Shown: piece by piece, positions 27,235 through 39,102 of the stretch
Numbering within the stretch: the stretch's first letter is position 1
How the letters are laid out: each line of letters begins with the position of its first letter
NCBI GenBank assembly: GCA_963924565.1
Contig: OZ004612.1
Location: 15,872,001-15,936,000 of the forward strand
Length of the DNA stretch: 64,000 nucleotides
Direction of reading: 5' to 3'
Source of the DNA: Ascidiella aspersa
Lineage: Eukaryota
The notes under the pieces: generated by a model
Told to the model about the DNA's origin: nothing
What the model saw: the letters and a program-made list of their open reading frames with translations, nothing else
The model's database searches: none
Translations under genes and position numbers: made by a program

Positions 27235-27822
27235 GTGAGTAGTGCGGACGGCTGCGCCAAAGCCAACGAAACAACAAACAGACCAGGCGCGCCTTTGATG
27301 ATGTGTAGCCGGATATCGGACCAATTGTCGTTCCTTTTAGGGCTCAGTACGGAAAAGGAAAAATACACAGCAGCTCGATAGAGTTGGTGGTAATATTGAA
27401 TTTAGGACCGTGAATACGTCAACGCCAAATGGCAATTTATGTCTCGTCACTTCTGCTGTGTTGCGTTTAAGTGTCTCCCATTTTTTTGTTCGTCGTGTGG
27501 ATGCGTACACGACCCGTGTTCAATGTGGCGTATAACTGTTTTACTGCATACAACCCTTAACAGCGCTTGTCAAGAGCGGAAGCGTTGCTGTCGGCTATGT
27601 GGTCGTTTCGTAAGTGGCAGTGGCGCGTCGGTGCCGTTTTACCAGCCATAAACAAGAGCGCTTTTCGAAGTCATCTACTTAATAGGTTTAATTGGTATCA
27701 CTAGCATAGACTTCGAACGTATTTTACGTTAAATTCCGTTCTTGGTAAAGCAAAACGGCATATTATTATTTGTTTAATAAGCTGAAGTTATGAAAGTGTA
27801 ACGTTACCTTTTACATTTTTAG

Positions 27823-28037
27823 GATGAATTCGACAACATGCGCCCACTCTGCTACCCCGGCACCGACGTCATCCTGATATGCTTCAGCGTCATTCGCCCA
27901 ACTTCACTTGCCAACGTTAAGGACAAGTGGATTCCGGAAATGCGCAAATACCTGCCTAAGGTTCCGATCGTCTTGGTGGGGACCATGACCGATCTTCGAA
28001 CGAGTGTGGACGTATTGGTTGACCTTGCAACTTACAG
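27823..28037 (+). CDS. RHOU/RHOV: RhoU/V-like copy B, exon 3 (215 nt)
   Basis: Encodes DEFDNMRPLCYPGTDVILICFSV...VGTMTDLR. Donor AG|GTAATT. Same length and phase as copy A exon 3. Confidence 0.95.
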
Positions 28038-28155
28038 GTAATTAAACGACCAAGCATAACGCCTCAATGTGTTTTAGTTAGGCAAGTTTAATTGACACTT
28101 TTGCCTAATAAACGTAATTATTGTGGAGTATTTAACCACCCTTTTTTATTAACAG

Positions 28156-28438
28156 CGAGCATCCAGTCACCGAGGAAGAAGGCCAGATGTTCGCCGAGCA
28201 GATCGGCGCCAGCAAGTATGTGGAGTGCTCCTCCCTTACACAGAAACACCTCAAGGCGGTTTTCGACACTGCCATTTTGGACGCCTTTGATCACCGCGAT
28301 CACCAGGACCGCAAGGGCAAGCGATCCTGGAGAAAAAAGAGCATGCTCAATAAGGAGCAGACCACGACTCACTGGAGAGCATTGGAGGTGAAGAGGAAGT
28401 CGGTTGTTTGGTGGAAGAGGTACTTCTGCCTGGCTTAA
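28156..28438 (+). CDS. RHOU/RHOV: RhoU/V-like copy B, exon 4
   Basis: Acceptor TTAACAG. Encodes EHPVTEEEG...YVECSSLTQKHLKAVFD...WWKRYFCLA*. Confidence 0.95.
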
Positions 28439-30059
28439 GTTTTTTTGCAAAAAAATGCAATTCAACTACCTAAAGGTCGACGAAAGAAGAGAGTCAACCG
28501 TAAGACCTGTAAAGGAAAGAACAGGTGTATGCCGTCAAAGGCGCTGATGGCGGGTAGAAAGGGACACGAGCTGTCTGATATATATTTCGATTGTTATATT
28601 AAACCTGAAAAGCTATTCTCTGTATTCTCTACTTTGTATATGATACGAGTGCCTTAATGACCAAGTCCCTATCTGTTTCATCAGTTGTAAATTTTGCTAC
28701 GCAATATTGAAACCAGTGAATCGCGATAATAGTTTGTGTTCCAGCCAACTTTAACAAAAATGCTCGGTTTAATTTTATATTGTTGATCAATATTACGCGA
28801 TAAATAATATCTATGTGTGCCGAACTGGCTTTGGTACGAGTTCACTGTGCTTTTTTGCTTCACTTTTCTGATAAAAGATATCGGATTTGAGCGTAACTAT
28901 ACGTCCCCTGAAAAATGTGCATTTGTGTGTCCACCAAACTGTTGCAAACGAACTCTTTTGTGTGTATCGCTCACTCTTGTGTAATTGATTTTATTGTTCT
29001 TTTGCATTTCCTAACGTACTTCGTTTACTGAGATATCTTCTGCGCTAAATGCGTCGTCTGTCAGTCTGGACAGGACACCAAACCCGCCTTTGAAGCGTCG
29101 CTCAAAAGTTTAAACAAGTTCGTTACGTTTATTTTTGGCCGTTCAATTAAATGAGTAAGACGCCAATTTGACTGTTCTCATATTTGGTCAAGTGAATACG
29201 TGCGTGGTCAGTGCGTTATTTGTTGCTGGCAATATCTTACCGACTGCCTCTTAGTTTTTCCTCTTATATGACCTGTGTTCTCGCGCGCTTTTACAAATGC
29301 AATAAAGCGTTAAAAGGAGAAAATACCCTTGGCAGTGCTGTGACATTGCCCGTACATGGGCGTAGCGTTGTGAATCATTACAGCAGTGGCCTGAGTTGAT
29401 CGTGAATAGATAGACACTAAACAGGTGTTGGGTTCATACCTTAGCGACTTGACAGTTTTATTACGGGCTTGTTTGTGTAGGTCAGGAGGCAGAAAGAGTA
29501 ACGCGGCGCACTGCAAAATGTTTACAATGTCCTTCAACTAAGGCAAGCATCAGTCTTGGCGGGATTAAAGTAAAACGCGAACGTTCAACACTACAAGTTG
29601 CCAATCCTAGTAGGTTATGTGTCCAAGTAGTCATCACAGTACCTAATTAAATTAAAAAAAAAGCCATATAATTTTGTTAATCAAACAACCAAATATAAAT
29701 AAATTATTATGTTTTTCTTAGTTTCGATCGTGTGTAATTTCCGTATAATAATGAAAGTTCCCTTATGATAATGCTGAGATTGATGAAGTTACTACGTAGC
29801 TGTTACCATACAATACATGAAACTTAACTCTAGCAATAGAAAAAGAATTCAGTTGTGGTCCTTTGATGCTGTAATCATGTGCCCCACTTGCTCCTAATGG
29901 CCGCCTTTAGCGTCTACTTTCGGTCAGTTCAATCAGGCTCGAAGCAATTATAAATCAAGCTTTACATAATGGCTGTGTCGCAAAAATCGTCTTGTGGCCT
30001 TTAATTTGAATAATTTAAAAGCACCGTCGTTTGCGCTTGTAAAACAATAGTGAAAAAAA

Positions 30060-30360
30060 GTTTGTAAACAATTTATTTTGAAATGACCTATAAGTCCCAG
30101 TCAAGTCATTTATAAAATAATTAACGTCAAGGACTAGTCTTAAAAAAACATTAAGTTATTTTTTGCCTTAGTCTAGTCACTCTAGTGACTAGTCCAAGTC
30201 AAGTCATTATTATAAAGCAAGTCAAGTTTAAATCAATCATTGATAAAAAAGGTAAACAATAAAAAAAATGTAAACCTTTGAAATTATGAGCAATAACTGA
30301 ACTAAAAATTAATAAAAACCCAACAAATAGCAAGCTAATTGTTTTTTAAATTGAGATGAA
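30060..30360 (+). mobile_element. truncated copy of the AAGTCAAGTC-repeat hAT MITE family
   Basis: Colinear similarity to 38640-38860 (TTTTGAAATGACCTA, TATGA.CAATAACT..ACTAAAAAT) and repeated AAGTCAAGTC. Confidence 0.7.
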
Positions 30361-31943
30361 TACCCCAATTGTATAAAAAACTAAAATAATGATGGTAAAA
30401 TTATAACTGATAGTATGAAAATTTAAATGGTTTAAGGCATTTTATTGTGACATTTTAGATAAAATAAGACAGTACAATAAATTAGTTTATCATGTTTTCC
30501 CACTTTGGCTGACCCCGTTTTTTGTCAGTTATCACATATCTCCTTATTTGAGCTGGGGTGCTTTCTGTTAAGTAACAGCACCGGGGCTTGGTATCAGGTG
30601 TAAAAGTGACGGCAAGGAAGCTGATTCAAGCCAGTTGACGCGCTTTCTTGGTGGTTTGTTAACGCCTTTCCCAGAGTATCGAATCGCTATTAGTCTGTGA
30701 CTCTCCGGCCGGTCGATTTACTGCTCGCGTCTCGACTGTTTATTTCTCCTGCCCCACAGCAGAGCGCACAAAGAAAGTGAGTTTCCCATGTTTTCGATTG
30801 TGACGTACCTGCTGGAACCTGTGCTTTGATTTTAGTAGGTCAACAAGTTTGATGTCGATATTCCGTTTTCAGCGACAGCAAAAACATACACCACCCTTTT
30901 TCGTTGCGTTGACTCTTAGTCAGCCTGCACACGCAGCGCTGTTTTGTCGATTATTGTCTATTATCCGACAATGCTTCATTACAAAGCTCACAAGGGTACA
31001 CATTGTGACGTAGCAGATGCTAAAGCTCGAAAGCACTCCTTCCGATGGGTTATCATAAATCTGCGGGATAAGCAATCTATATGACGCACATAATGTGAAT
31101 TTCTGCAATGCCCAAGCGATAGCTTTGAGATAAACCTAAATAAATATAGCAACATAACAACGCTGATGGACATTCTCTTCATATGAGCGAGATAAAACAA
31201 TAGGACGGCAATTTAAAGTATCTTAGTTTTAAAATAGCTCAAAACCAAATTTAGGCCAAATTAAGCGAGGACAACTTGAGCTATACGAGGTGGCCAGTTA
31301 GGATTTAAAATCAGTACAATCGGTAAAATCGGCCACTTCAAGTACCTTCTCGTCACATAAAGCGCCGGCCTTTCATTCTTGTATTGATATAATCGCTGAC
31401 CTATAACATACATTGGAAGGCGCTATCTTTTTCCAAGGAAACCAAAATTGGCGCGTGTGTAGGACGCGACACGTTGACTAACGAGTGGGCCTACGACAAA
31501 TGACTGCGCACATCGTTCGCAAAACAAACCGCACAGGACGCGCCGGCCATTGACCCACATGATAACACTTTTTGCCCCGTAGCTCAGTGCCCGAGTGACT
31601 AAGAAATCGATGCTGCAGCGATGCCATGTATCATTATGGACGCCCCTTCCACTTTTTGCCGACTTTGTTTAACCGTCATCCATTATAACATTCGAGACAA
31701 GTTGGAGTCGTGAGAAGAGGCAACGCCGTTTGGTTTTTATCCACGATTTCTATATGATTTATGTTAAATCTCTAATGTAATCACCACAACGTTGCTTTGC
31801 AACTTTTACCTGTAGCTTTGCATATAAATTTTCGCACAACAACGGTACGCTTAACAAAAGTTGTTTATTTATTCAGGTTGTTTGTTATTACTATTGACGA
31901 CAATTACATTTGTTAATTCGTTTGACACAAAAACATCGATTGA

Positions 31944-32163
31944 TTTGCGGGGTTGTGTCGCGATCGTCTACTCGCGAAGCTATATTTAATTGCTTTTTCA
32001 ATCGAAGGAGTCTGGCACAAAACATCAATTGATTGACCTTAGCTTATACTCCGTTGAAAGCAACAACAAAGATCGTTTGATATAGGACTTTTTTCTCCTC
32101 CAGCTTGAACTCGATTGAAAAGCAATAGCTTCGCGAGCAGACGATCGCGACACAACCCGCAAA
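31944..32163. repeat. CpG-rich inverted repeat (hairpin), ~55-60 bp arms
   Basis: 31944-32005 TTTGCGGGGTTGTGTCGCGATCGTCTACTCGCGAAGCTAT...TTGCTTTTTCAATCGA is the reverse complement of 32111-32163 apart from small indels. Confidence 0.85.
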
Positions 32164-33471
32164 CCTGACGTCATACGAGAACAGAAATTCAACAAACTTA
32201 TCGGAAATCGAAATCTGGCGAGGGTCGGCATAAGAACGGCACCGACAACAGGATAAGCGATTTTTAACGATCCACGGCGGAAACAACAATAAACCGAGCG
32301 TTGAATGGTGACGGGTGATCTGTAGATAAAGAGGCAACAAGGCCCATGGCAGTAAAACTAAGGCACACGGGGAAACGGCGAGAGTGCCCGGTTCCGCTGT
32401 TGCCTTGTTGCCGATACAGGGCCGGGCTGTGACGTTACGCTCCCTTATCACGGCATCGGATTTACGCCGGTGCTGCAAGTTTGTTGCTGGTAGAACTCAC
32501 CAGGCATCCACGGCGCCGCGAACAAGTGTGACCACATAGCCGCGAATAAATTAGGAGGGCGTATGTGCCCGTGGGTGGCGGGCGACTTGAGGATCGGGTT
32601 TCACGTGACGCGCTCGACTTGGGTCTAAACTTGAAACTCTCTAAATGGGGTCGCGTGACGCAACACAGCGCAGAGAATGGTTCGCCAAAATTGGAGGTCT
32701 CGTTTTTTTAGCTTTTGGTAGTGACGTGCCGCATCAGACCAAGGTGAATGATTCACGCCGATTTTTATACCCCCGTAACTGTAGTGTTTCTACGATTGAT
32801 ACAAAATCAAACTTTTTAATTTTAGGGATTTTGTGCGCACGGATCATTGTTTGCTGAGAACTGATTTTTCTTTCATGTTAGCCTACTATACGTAACGGAA
32901 TTACCGATCAAAGAAAACTCTTTGATGCAGTTAGCCAATTTAAGCTTCGTTTAACCTAAAGTACTCCTGATCGGTGTACAAACGCGATTCGTGTAAGTCG
33001 TTAGGGCAATTGCAACATCAGATTTGAACTGACCAAAGCGCCCACGGTACAAGCGTAATTACTAGACTGACAGTACCAGCGTAACCAAGCTAGTAATCAT
33101 CAACGCTTAATTGCACGTCAGCGGTCTGGTGCGCGACCATAATTACGCGAAACAGCTTTGTTACGTCAGTGCGAGCGGACGCGCGGGTTTCTAAACTTTT
33201 ATTTGGAGGGGTTATGATAAATTAAAATCGAATTTGGGTAGTAAGTGGCCGAAAACTCAAACTGTACCTGAGCGAGACATCGGTAAACTGCTAAACATAT
33301 GCCCACGTTTTTGAAAAGATTTCGGCTGTTACAATATTTTACTAATGTTTTTTAAGCGTCATCAATACGCAAACACGAAATTGGCATTAATTGTTTCGAA
33401 AAAAGCAATAAATGTTAAATCATGTTGACCTGTTCGTTATTATTTGCTTTCTCCCAATGTTATACCTAATG

Positions 33472-33796
33472 CAGTGTTTCTTAACCTTTTTTACTTGGGG
33501 GCGCACCTAGAGACGTATGAAAATGTGGCGGGGCACCTTACGAGCGAAGCGAGCGCAAAATTTTTGAGGTGTACCGATTTTAAGTTGCCTGCATTTTTTA
33601 TTATATGGGTTTTATAGTTGCATATCTTTAAAGGGACTTCCAGCCTTTGAGACAAAAAACGTTATTTTGTCCATTAAAGTCTTATTCCGATTATTTTTGG
33701 ACTTATTTCGACATGGTTTTTCCTTTTGCTCGCGGCGCACCTAGCAGCCTTCCATGGCGCACCAATGCGCCGCGGCGAACCGGTTAAGAAAGGCTG
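33472..33796. mobile_element. non-autonomous hAT MITE
   Basis: TIRs CAGTGTTTCTTAACC / GGTTAAGAAAGGCTG; perfect 8-bp TSD ACCTAATG. Confidence 0.92.
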
Positions 33797-34202
33797 ACCT
33801 AATGTAATGGTAAAGTATAAAAAAGTCGACACAGTCCCTCAAATTATTAAAACGTATGCAATAAAATTTATCGGAGTTTTTATTTTTTGTTGTAAAAATA
33901 TTTGTTGTAAATAACGTATCAATTAATGCCAAAATGAAAATTCCATTAATGTTCGTATCTGTTTTATTATCGCAGTATCTGTGTTTTCAAGTGCTATTTT
34001 GATGGAGCCATCAGCACAATGACAAATTGACAATACGGTTTCCTAATATGATTGTGAGAAACGTAGGGGACGAGTACGTCTAAATCGCAATTAAAGTCGC
34101 ATAGTACAAAAGTGTGTTGTTAACATGAGTTCAGAGAAGGTAAAAAAGCTTACAGTAGGTAAAAGTCAAATTTTTTTTTTCAATAAAATAAACAGTTCGT
34201 TG

Positions 34203-34360
34203 TTGATTTTACAACGCCTTTGGTATTTTAATTTTAATTTTTTCTTTTGCAAAAAAAAAAAAAAAAGTTGTAAAAGCTTTTCAGAAATTTCCAAAAGCAA
34301 TACGGTCTCTCTCTTTATGAGACCGTCAAAATTAAAATAACAAAGGCGTTGTAAAATCAA
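34203..34360. repeat. inverted repeat, 33-bp arms (32/33 match)
   Basis: TTGATTTTACAACGCCTTTGGTATTTTAATTTT (34203-34235) versus 34328-34360. Probably a foldback/MITE relic. Confidence 0.8.
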
Positions 34361-34719
34361 ACAAATTAAATTATTTATTTGTGCGAAAATTTCACACAGT
34401 TAGTATACAGATGTTATTTCACGCTCGGCTTAAATTTATCCTATATGAATCACAGTGCAGACTTCCAGTGGTGACAGACCAGAACTATAGAGAAATGTTC
34501 ACCTCGCAATGTGATATTCGACGTCAAATTGGCCAAACCCTTCTGATTAAACGATTTACCAAACAGACATCGTTTCCTAAAGGTTATGTAAACTCACATT
34601 CTGGGATCTTAGTAGATTTTATACAAAAAATAATTTGTAACTAATATCTAACTTCTTTTGTGTTAAGTTTTCTTTATATTTATTAGCGACCGTTTTTGAA
34701 ATATCTAAATCATAGAAGT

Positions 34720-36256
34720 CAGGGGTTTTTAAATTGGCGGACGTGAAGAATTATCATGGGGGTAGCGAAGGACTCACTGAGGAAAAAACTTTTTTATTTA
34801 TTAGTATTGTGAATACGAATATAGTTTTCAAAATGGCTTATTTCCATGACTGACACACGCAATATGTGATGAAAATAACTAATTTAGTTCTCCGCAGTGA
34901 CTTTAATATGGTTTTCCGATTTCTTATATTCAGCTATACAGTGACCTAAATGTGGCAGGATATTTACTTAACAAACAGTAGGCTACGGTGTTGACAGATT
35001 GTGAATTTGAGAGGCAGATACAGGACTATGTTCCTTAGAAAAAACTATATCCTTTGACAACTTTTATTATATTAATGCATCGCGAACTTTTTTCACGTTT
35101 TACTACATTTTTTGTCGTTTAAATAAAATCTTATTACACCAAATACATGCATACTATGGCCTGTTCCGCCATGTGACATAATACTTAAGGACTGCAATTT
35201 CGGCTAAATTTATAAATCTAATCATGTCAATAGGTATGGGAATCTCGTTATTGTGCCCATCACGTGTTTTGTGCACGTTCTCTGATTCCACGTGGTTTTA
35301 GGTTTAGTAACTGCTGAATTCTTTTTCGCTAAATCTCAAGTTTTGATCAGATGATGCTTGATGAGTTCTCCTGCAATAGTCTCAGGAGATAGACAAAAAG
35401 TTTCTCTGGCAAAAAAAAAATGTTCCTTTTGAATTTTTCTACAACTGGGGTGAAAAAAAAATTGCTGACGTCATGTTGAAATATATTTTTATGAAAAAAA
35501 AAAAAAACTTTTAAACACAATTTTGCGAAAGTCTTAATACTAAATTGAGAATCAATTAACTCTGCACAAAATTCAGTTTCATTTACGCTATTGACGTCAT
35601 CAGTGTAGTTGTTACGTCACAAATTGGCCTATTTGTACTTTTCTCCTAACTGTCCTTTTACCAAATAAAGTTATTCATTCCACTTTTTTTGTTAAAATTG
35701 AAACATTTTTGTAACAAGATCACCAAAACAGCAACCAAAAGGTACTTTATTACCAACTGCATGATTTTTTTAGAACGTGTATCAAACATTACCGACAGAA
35801 ACCAGCCAAAATAAACCGTGTAGGCCATGTAGTGAAATTGCGTCACACCCAAGCCAGAATGTGAACAAAGAAAGCCACAACAAGCCCCTAACGCAAAAAA
35901 GTATAGTCAGAGCTGCCTTTGGAACCTACTCATGCGCAAAAAAAAACAAAAAAATACATTTCGAAAAGGTAAAAAAATGGATGTTTTTCGTTTGTTTATT
36001 TTTTTTTAAATACATATAACTATTTTTATTCAAATGCCAACATATATTTTTTTTAATCAAAAAGAAACAAAATACGTCTTCTTTCAAAAGCATCCCAACT
36101 GGAAAAAATGATGTCAAGCTTTTTATGGCAGTATAATGGCTGTTGGTCGTTGGGCCCACATGGGCCCGCCGCAGTTAAAGGGTTAAAGTGCATGGACGCG
36201 AGTTTAAAGAATACGTGTAAAAGGAGGGAGGGGGCAAACAAGTTCAAGAAACCCTG
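34720..36256. mobile_element. old hAT element with a nested piggyBac-like fragment
   Basis: Termini CAGGGGTTTTTAAATT / AAGTTCAAGAAACCCTG; degenerate TSD ATAGAAGT/ATATAACT. Internal end ...GCAGTTAAAGGG+TTAA at ~36170-36186 is piggyBac-like; its left end was not found. Confidence 0.55.
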
Positions 36257-38637
36257 ATATAACTGTTTGTTTAAGATTAAACTTCAAATTGTTGTTTATG
36301 AGTTAGTTTTGCTAATGCGTTGGAACTGACAACATATACGCCATTGTTACTATAAAGATTATATTTTCGAATACTTGGCAATTAGCATTCATTCGTCTGA
36401 ACTCTTTGTCGTCTTTCATAAAAGAAAACATCTTTCCACCTCAGCTGGTCAAAGGTCGCGGTACCTCAAGAAGTTATGCTCAAGATTCCCGAAGATTCGA
36501 TCTTCGAAGAAAAGTCTTTGTTGACGTCAATGATTTTTTGCGAAATCAGCAAACGCTGGATTGCTACGTGTTTTAGTCCCACAGTGAACAGCAGCACGGC
36601 CCCACAATATAAGAGGCTTTGAGTTGATATAAGACGAAAGCCGTTCAAGCCTTACGTTGTTTGTCCAAGTCAGGTTTAAACTCACACCGGTTTAAATAAA
36701 TTACCACCATCGAGAACCTGAAGTGGGCCACCCGGCCAATCCGCTCTATCATTGTTTTACCACGTTTCGGTTTACAGAAGGAAGTTCACTTTGGTCGCAC
36801 TATTTTAAAGTATTTCGTCAAAGGAGTTTATCATTTTCAGCAGGATCTACACACCTGTAATCTATGCATTACAATTATGTATTAAAAATACGGTATTAAT
36901 GATGGATATGCGTTTTTCCATACGGTACACACTGCACAGCCCTGCCGTATTAAGTTTATTAATTATTTTAATTTAAAACTAATTTATTTAACTCAATTGC
37001 AGTCTGAATCATGTGTTCTATTTTTAATTGTCGTATAAAAAAAATAATACGACAAAAAATAGGCTGGGCAAGCTCTGACTAACAAAAAGCAGTGGGTAAA
37101 ACACATTTTAGGAGAAAGGTAGGTAACATGTCGGTAACATATATGGACAACCTGTGTTAAACGTGGTATTTGTAGACTTCGATTGCACAAATGCATACAA
37201 ATAACAATTTCAGTGTTATCACATTCTATTGCAAAAATCACTTATACAAACAAAAAAGGCATTGAATGTATACTGGATAGTTGTTTGCATCATGTACTCA
37301 TCTGCTGAAAAAATGAGATCCTTTTTGCCTCTGTAAACTTGCGAAATGTTGCTTCGATTATGTGTTGTTTTTTTGTCAAAAGCATGCCATGAAAATTTTC
37401 CACTTTACAAAAATTTTCTTGTGAAAATATTATAAAGATCAATATGTATTTATTTATTTTTCAATCTCGACTTGAACACCTTTACAACGTTTGAAACAGA
37501 TGAAGGGTAAGTTAGCGGCGGCGTTGTAACCAAATTCGCTGTCATAACGATCCACTCGTTTCCTTTTGAGATAATGCACTGACGTCTGACGTATAATTCA
37601 CAGTGGCAATTTAAAGCGATTCAAGTGTAAACACAAACCAGTCTCGCACAGTTCCCTGTATTTCGCTAGTGTATGCTTTTAAGGCAGGCCCGGTGTCTCG
37701 ATTGCTGATATTGGTTCTCACACACTTTTACACCCCCATTTCCTAAGCTAACGAGGCGTTGGTGTATAATTATGTTCGGTTGATGACAGGTGTCGCTGCG
37801 TGAGTGTGGATATGTGGACATATGTTTCCATTTAGAGATGTACTTTCACATCCGATTCGGACTACGATTTAATCATTCAACTCAGTTGGAAGACTGTGAT
37901 GTAACTACACTATTGGTAAAGCCAAATAAAAAATCCGATACAATGCTTTTAAACTAGCTTAGTAAACGTCTAGAGATATTAAAAATACATGAGGTAAGTT
38001 TAATTTTTCTGTTTAATTTTGGTTCAGGTGTTTTTGTTGTGGAGACCCACCTTGTAGTTTAACGCTTTGTTAGCGATACATGATGGAGATTTTCGTTGCA
38101 CTACTCTATAGTAAACTTTACATAAAAGATTCACAGGACAAACCAATAATAGCAAAAACTACGCTAAAAATAAACTTTCTGACCTGTAAATATCCCCAAC
38201 AGGGAAGACAAAAATTTATTTGGAGAAGAATCGACAGTTTGAATGTATTAAACACAACCCTTTTCAAATGAGTCTTAGGCAAGTTCGATGGTAAAATTAC
38301 TGATGACTCTCCTTTAATTACTATTTATCGACGGGCTGGGCACTTGAAAATGCGGTGTACAACCTGATCTGTGCCAAGTCGTCGTGCCCCGACTTTAATA
38401 AGTGCTGTGAATCGTCTCTCTAATTACTGGTAAATGCTGCCTTAGTCTAAACTACGGGTCAACTTTGAGCTAAAATACTCTCACTGCGGTAATGCATTAA
38501 AGATTGGGCTACGGATAGCCTTTTTTTAACCATTAATGCCGTTCGCCCTGCTGGGTACAAAATCGTAGTTTCAGTGCAACTGTTGCAGTCATGGTTGCAC
38601 TGCCTAACCCATGTAAAATTATTGGGTCGAAAAATAT

Positions 38638-39102
38638 CAGTGTTTAAACAAGTCATTTTGAAATGACCTAAGTCGCGGAAGTCATAATTTTGTAAAATAC
38701 GTAGTCCAAGTCAAATCGTTTTAAGAGCAAGTTAACTTCAAGTCATGTCATTTGACATAATAAGTTGAACGTTTAACTAAAAAATCTGGAAACTCGCCCG
38801 TTTATGAACAATAACTCGACTAAAAATAACAAAAACGCAATATACAGCCAGCAAATTGTTTTACTTCAGCAAAAATGGAGATAATTAAACCATCTTTTTT
38901 TGAATTTTTTTTAATAATAACACTTAATTTAAACCTAAGTTATTTGATACAATGACTTAAGCCCAAATCAAGTCATTTGTCCAAAAGACCCAAGTCACGT
39001 CAAGTTATTTTGGTCAAAAGACTTATGTCAAGTCAAGTCATTTAAAAAGTGTTACTTATGTGCACGTAAGTCAAGTCAATAAATTAGGTCGTTACAACAC
39101 TG
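38638..39102. mobile_element. hAT-type MITE with AAGTCAAGTC subrepeats
   Basis: Termini CAGTGTTTAAAC / GTTACAACACTG; TSD AAAAATAT/GAAAATAT (7/8). Related copies at ~30060 and ~46790-46886. Confidence 0.8.

Noticed and set aside
30807-30924. Minus-strand exon-like segment with AG/GT boundaries
   Set aside because: Stops in all three frames and no partner exons found.
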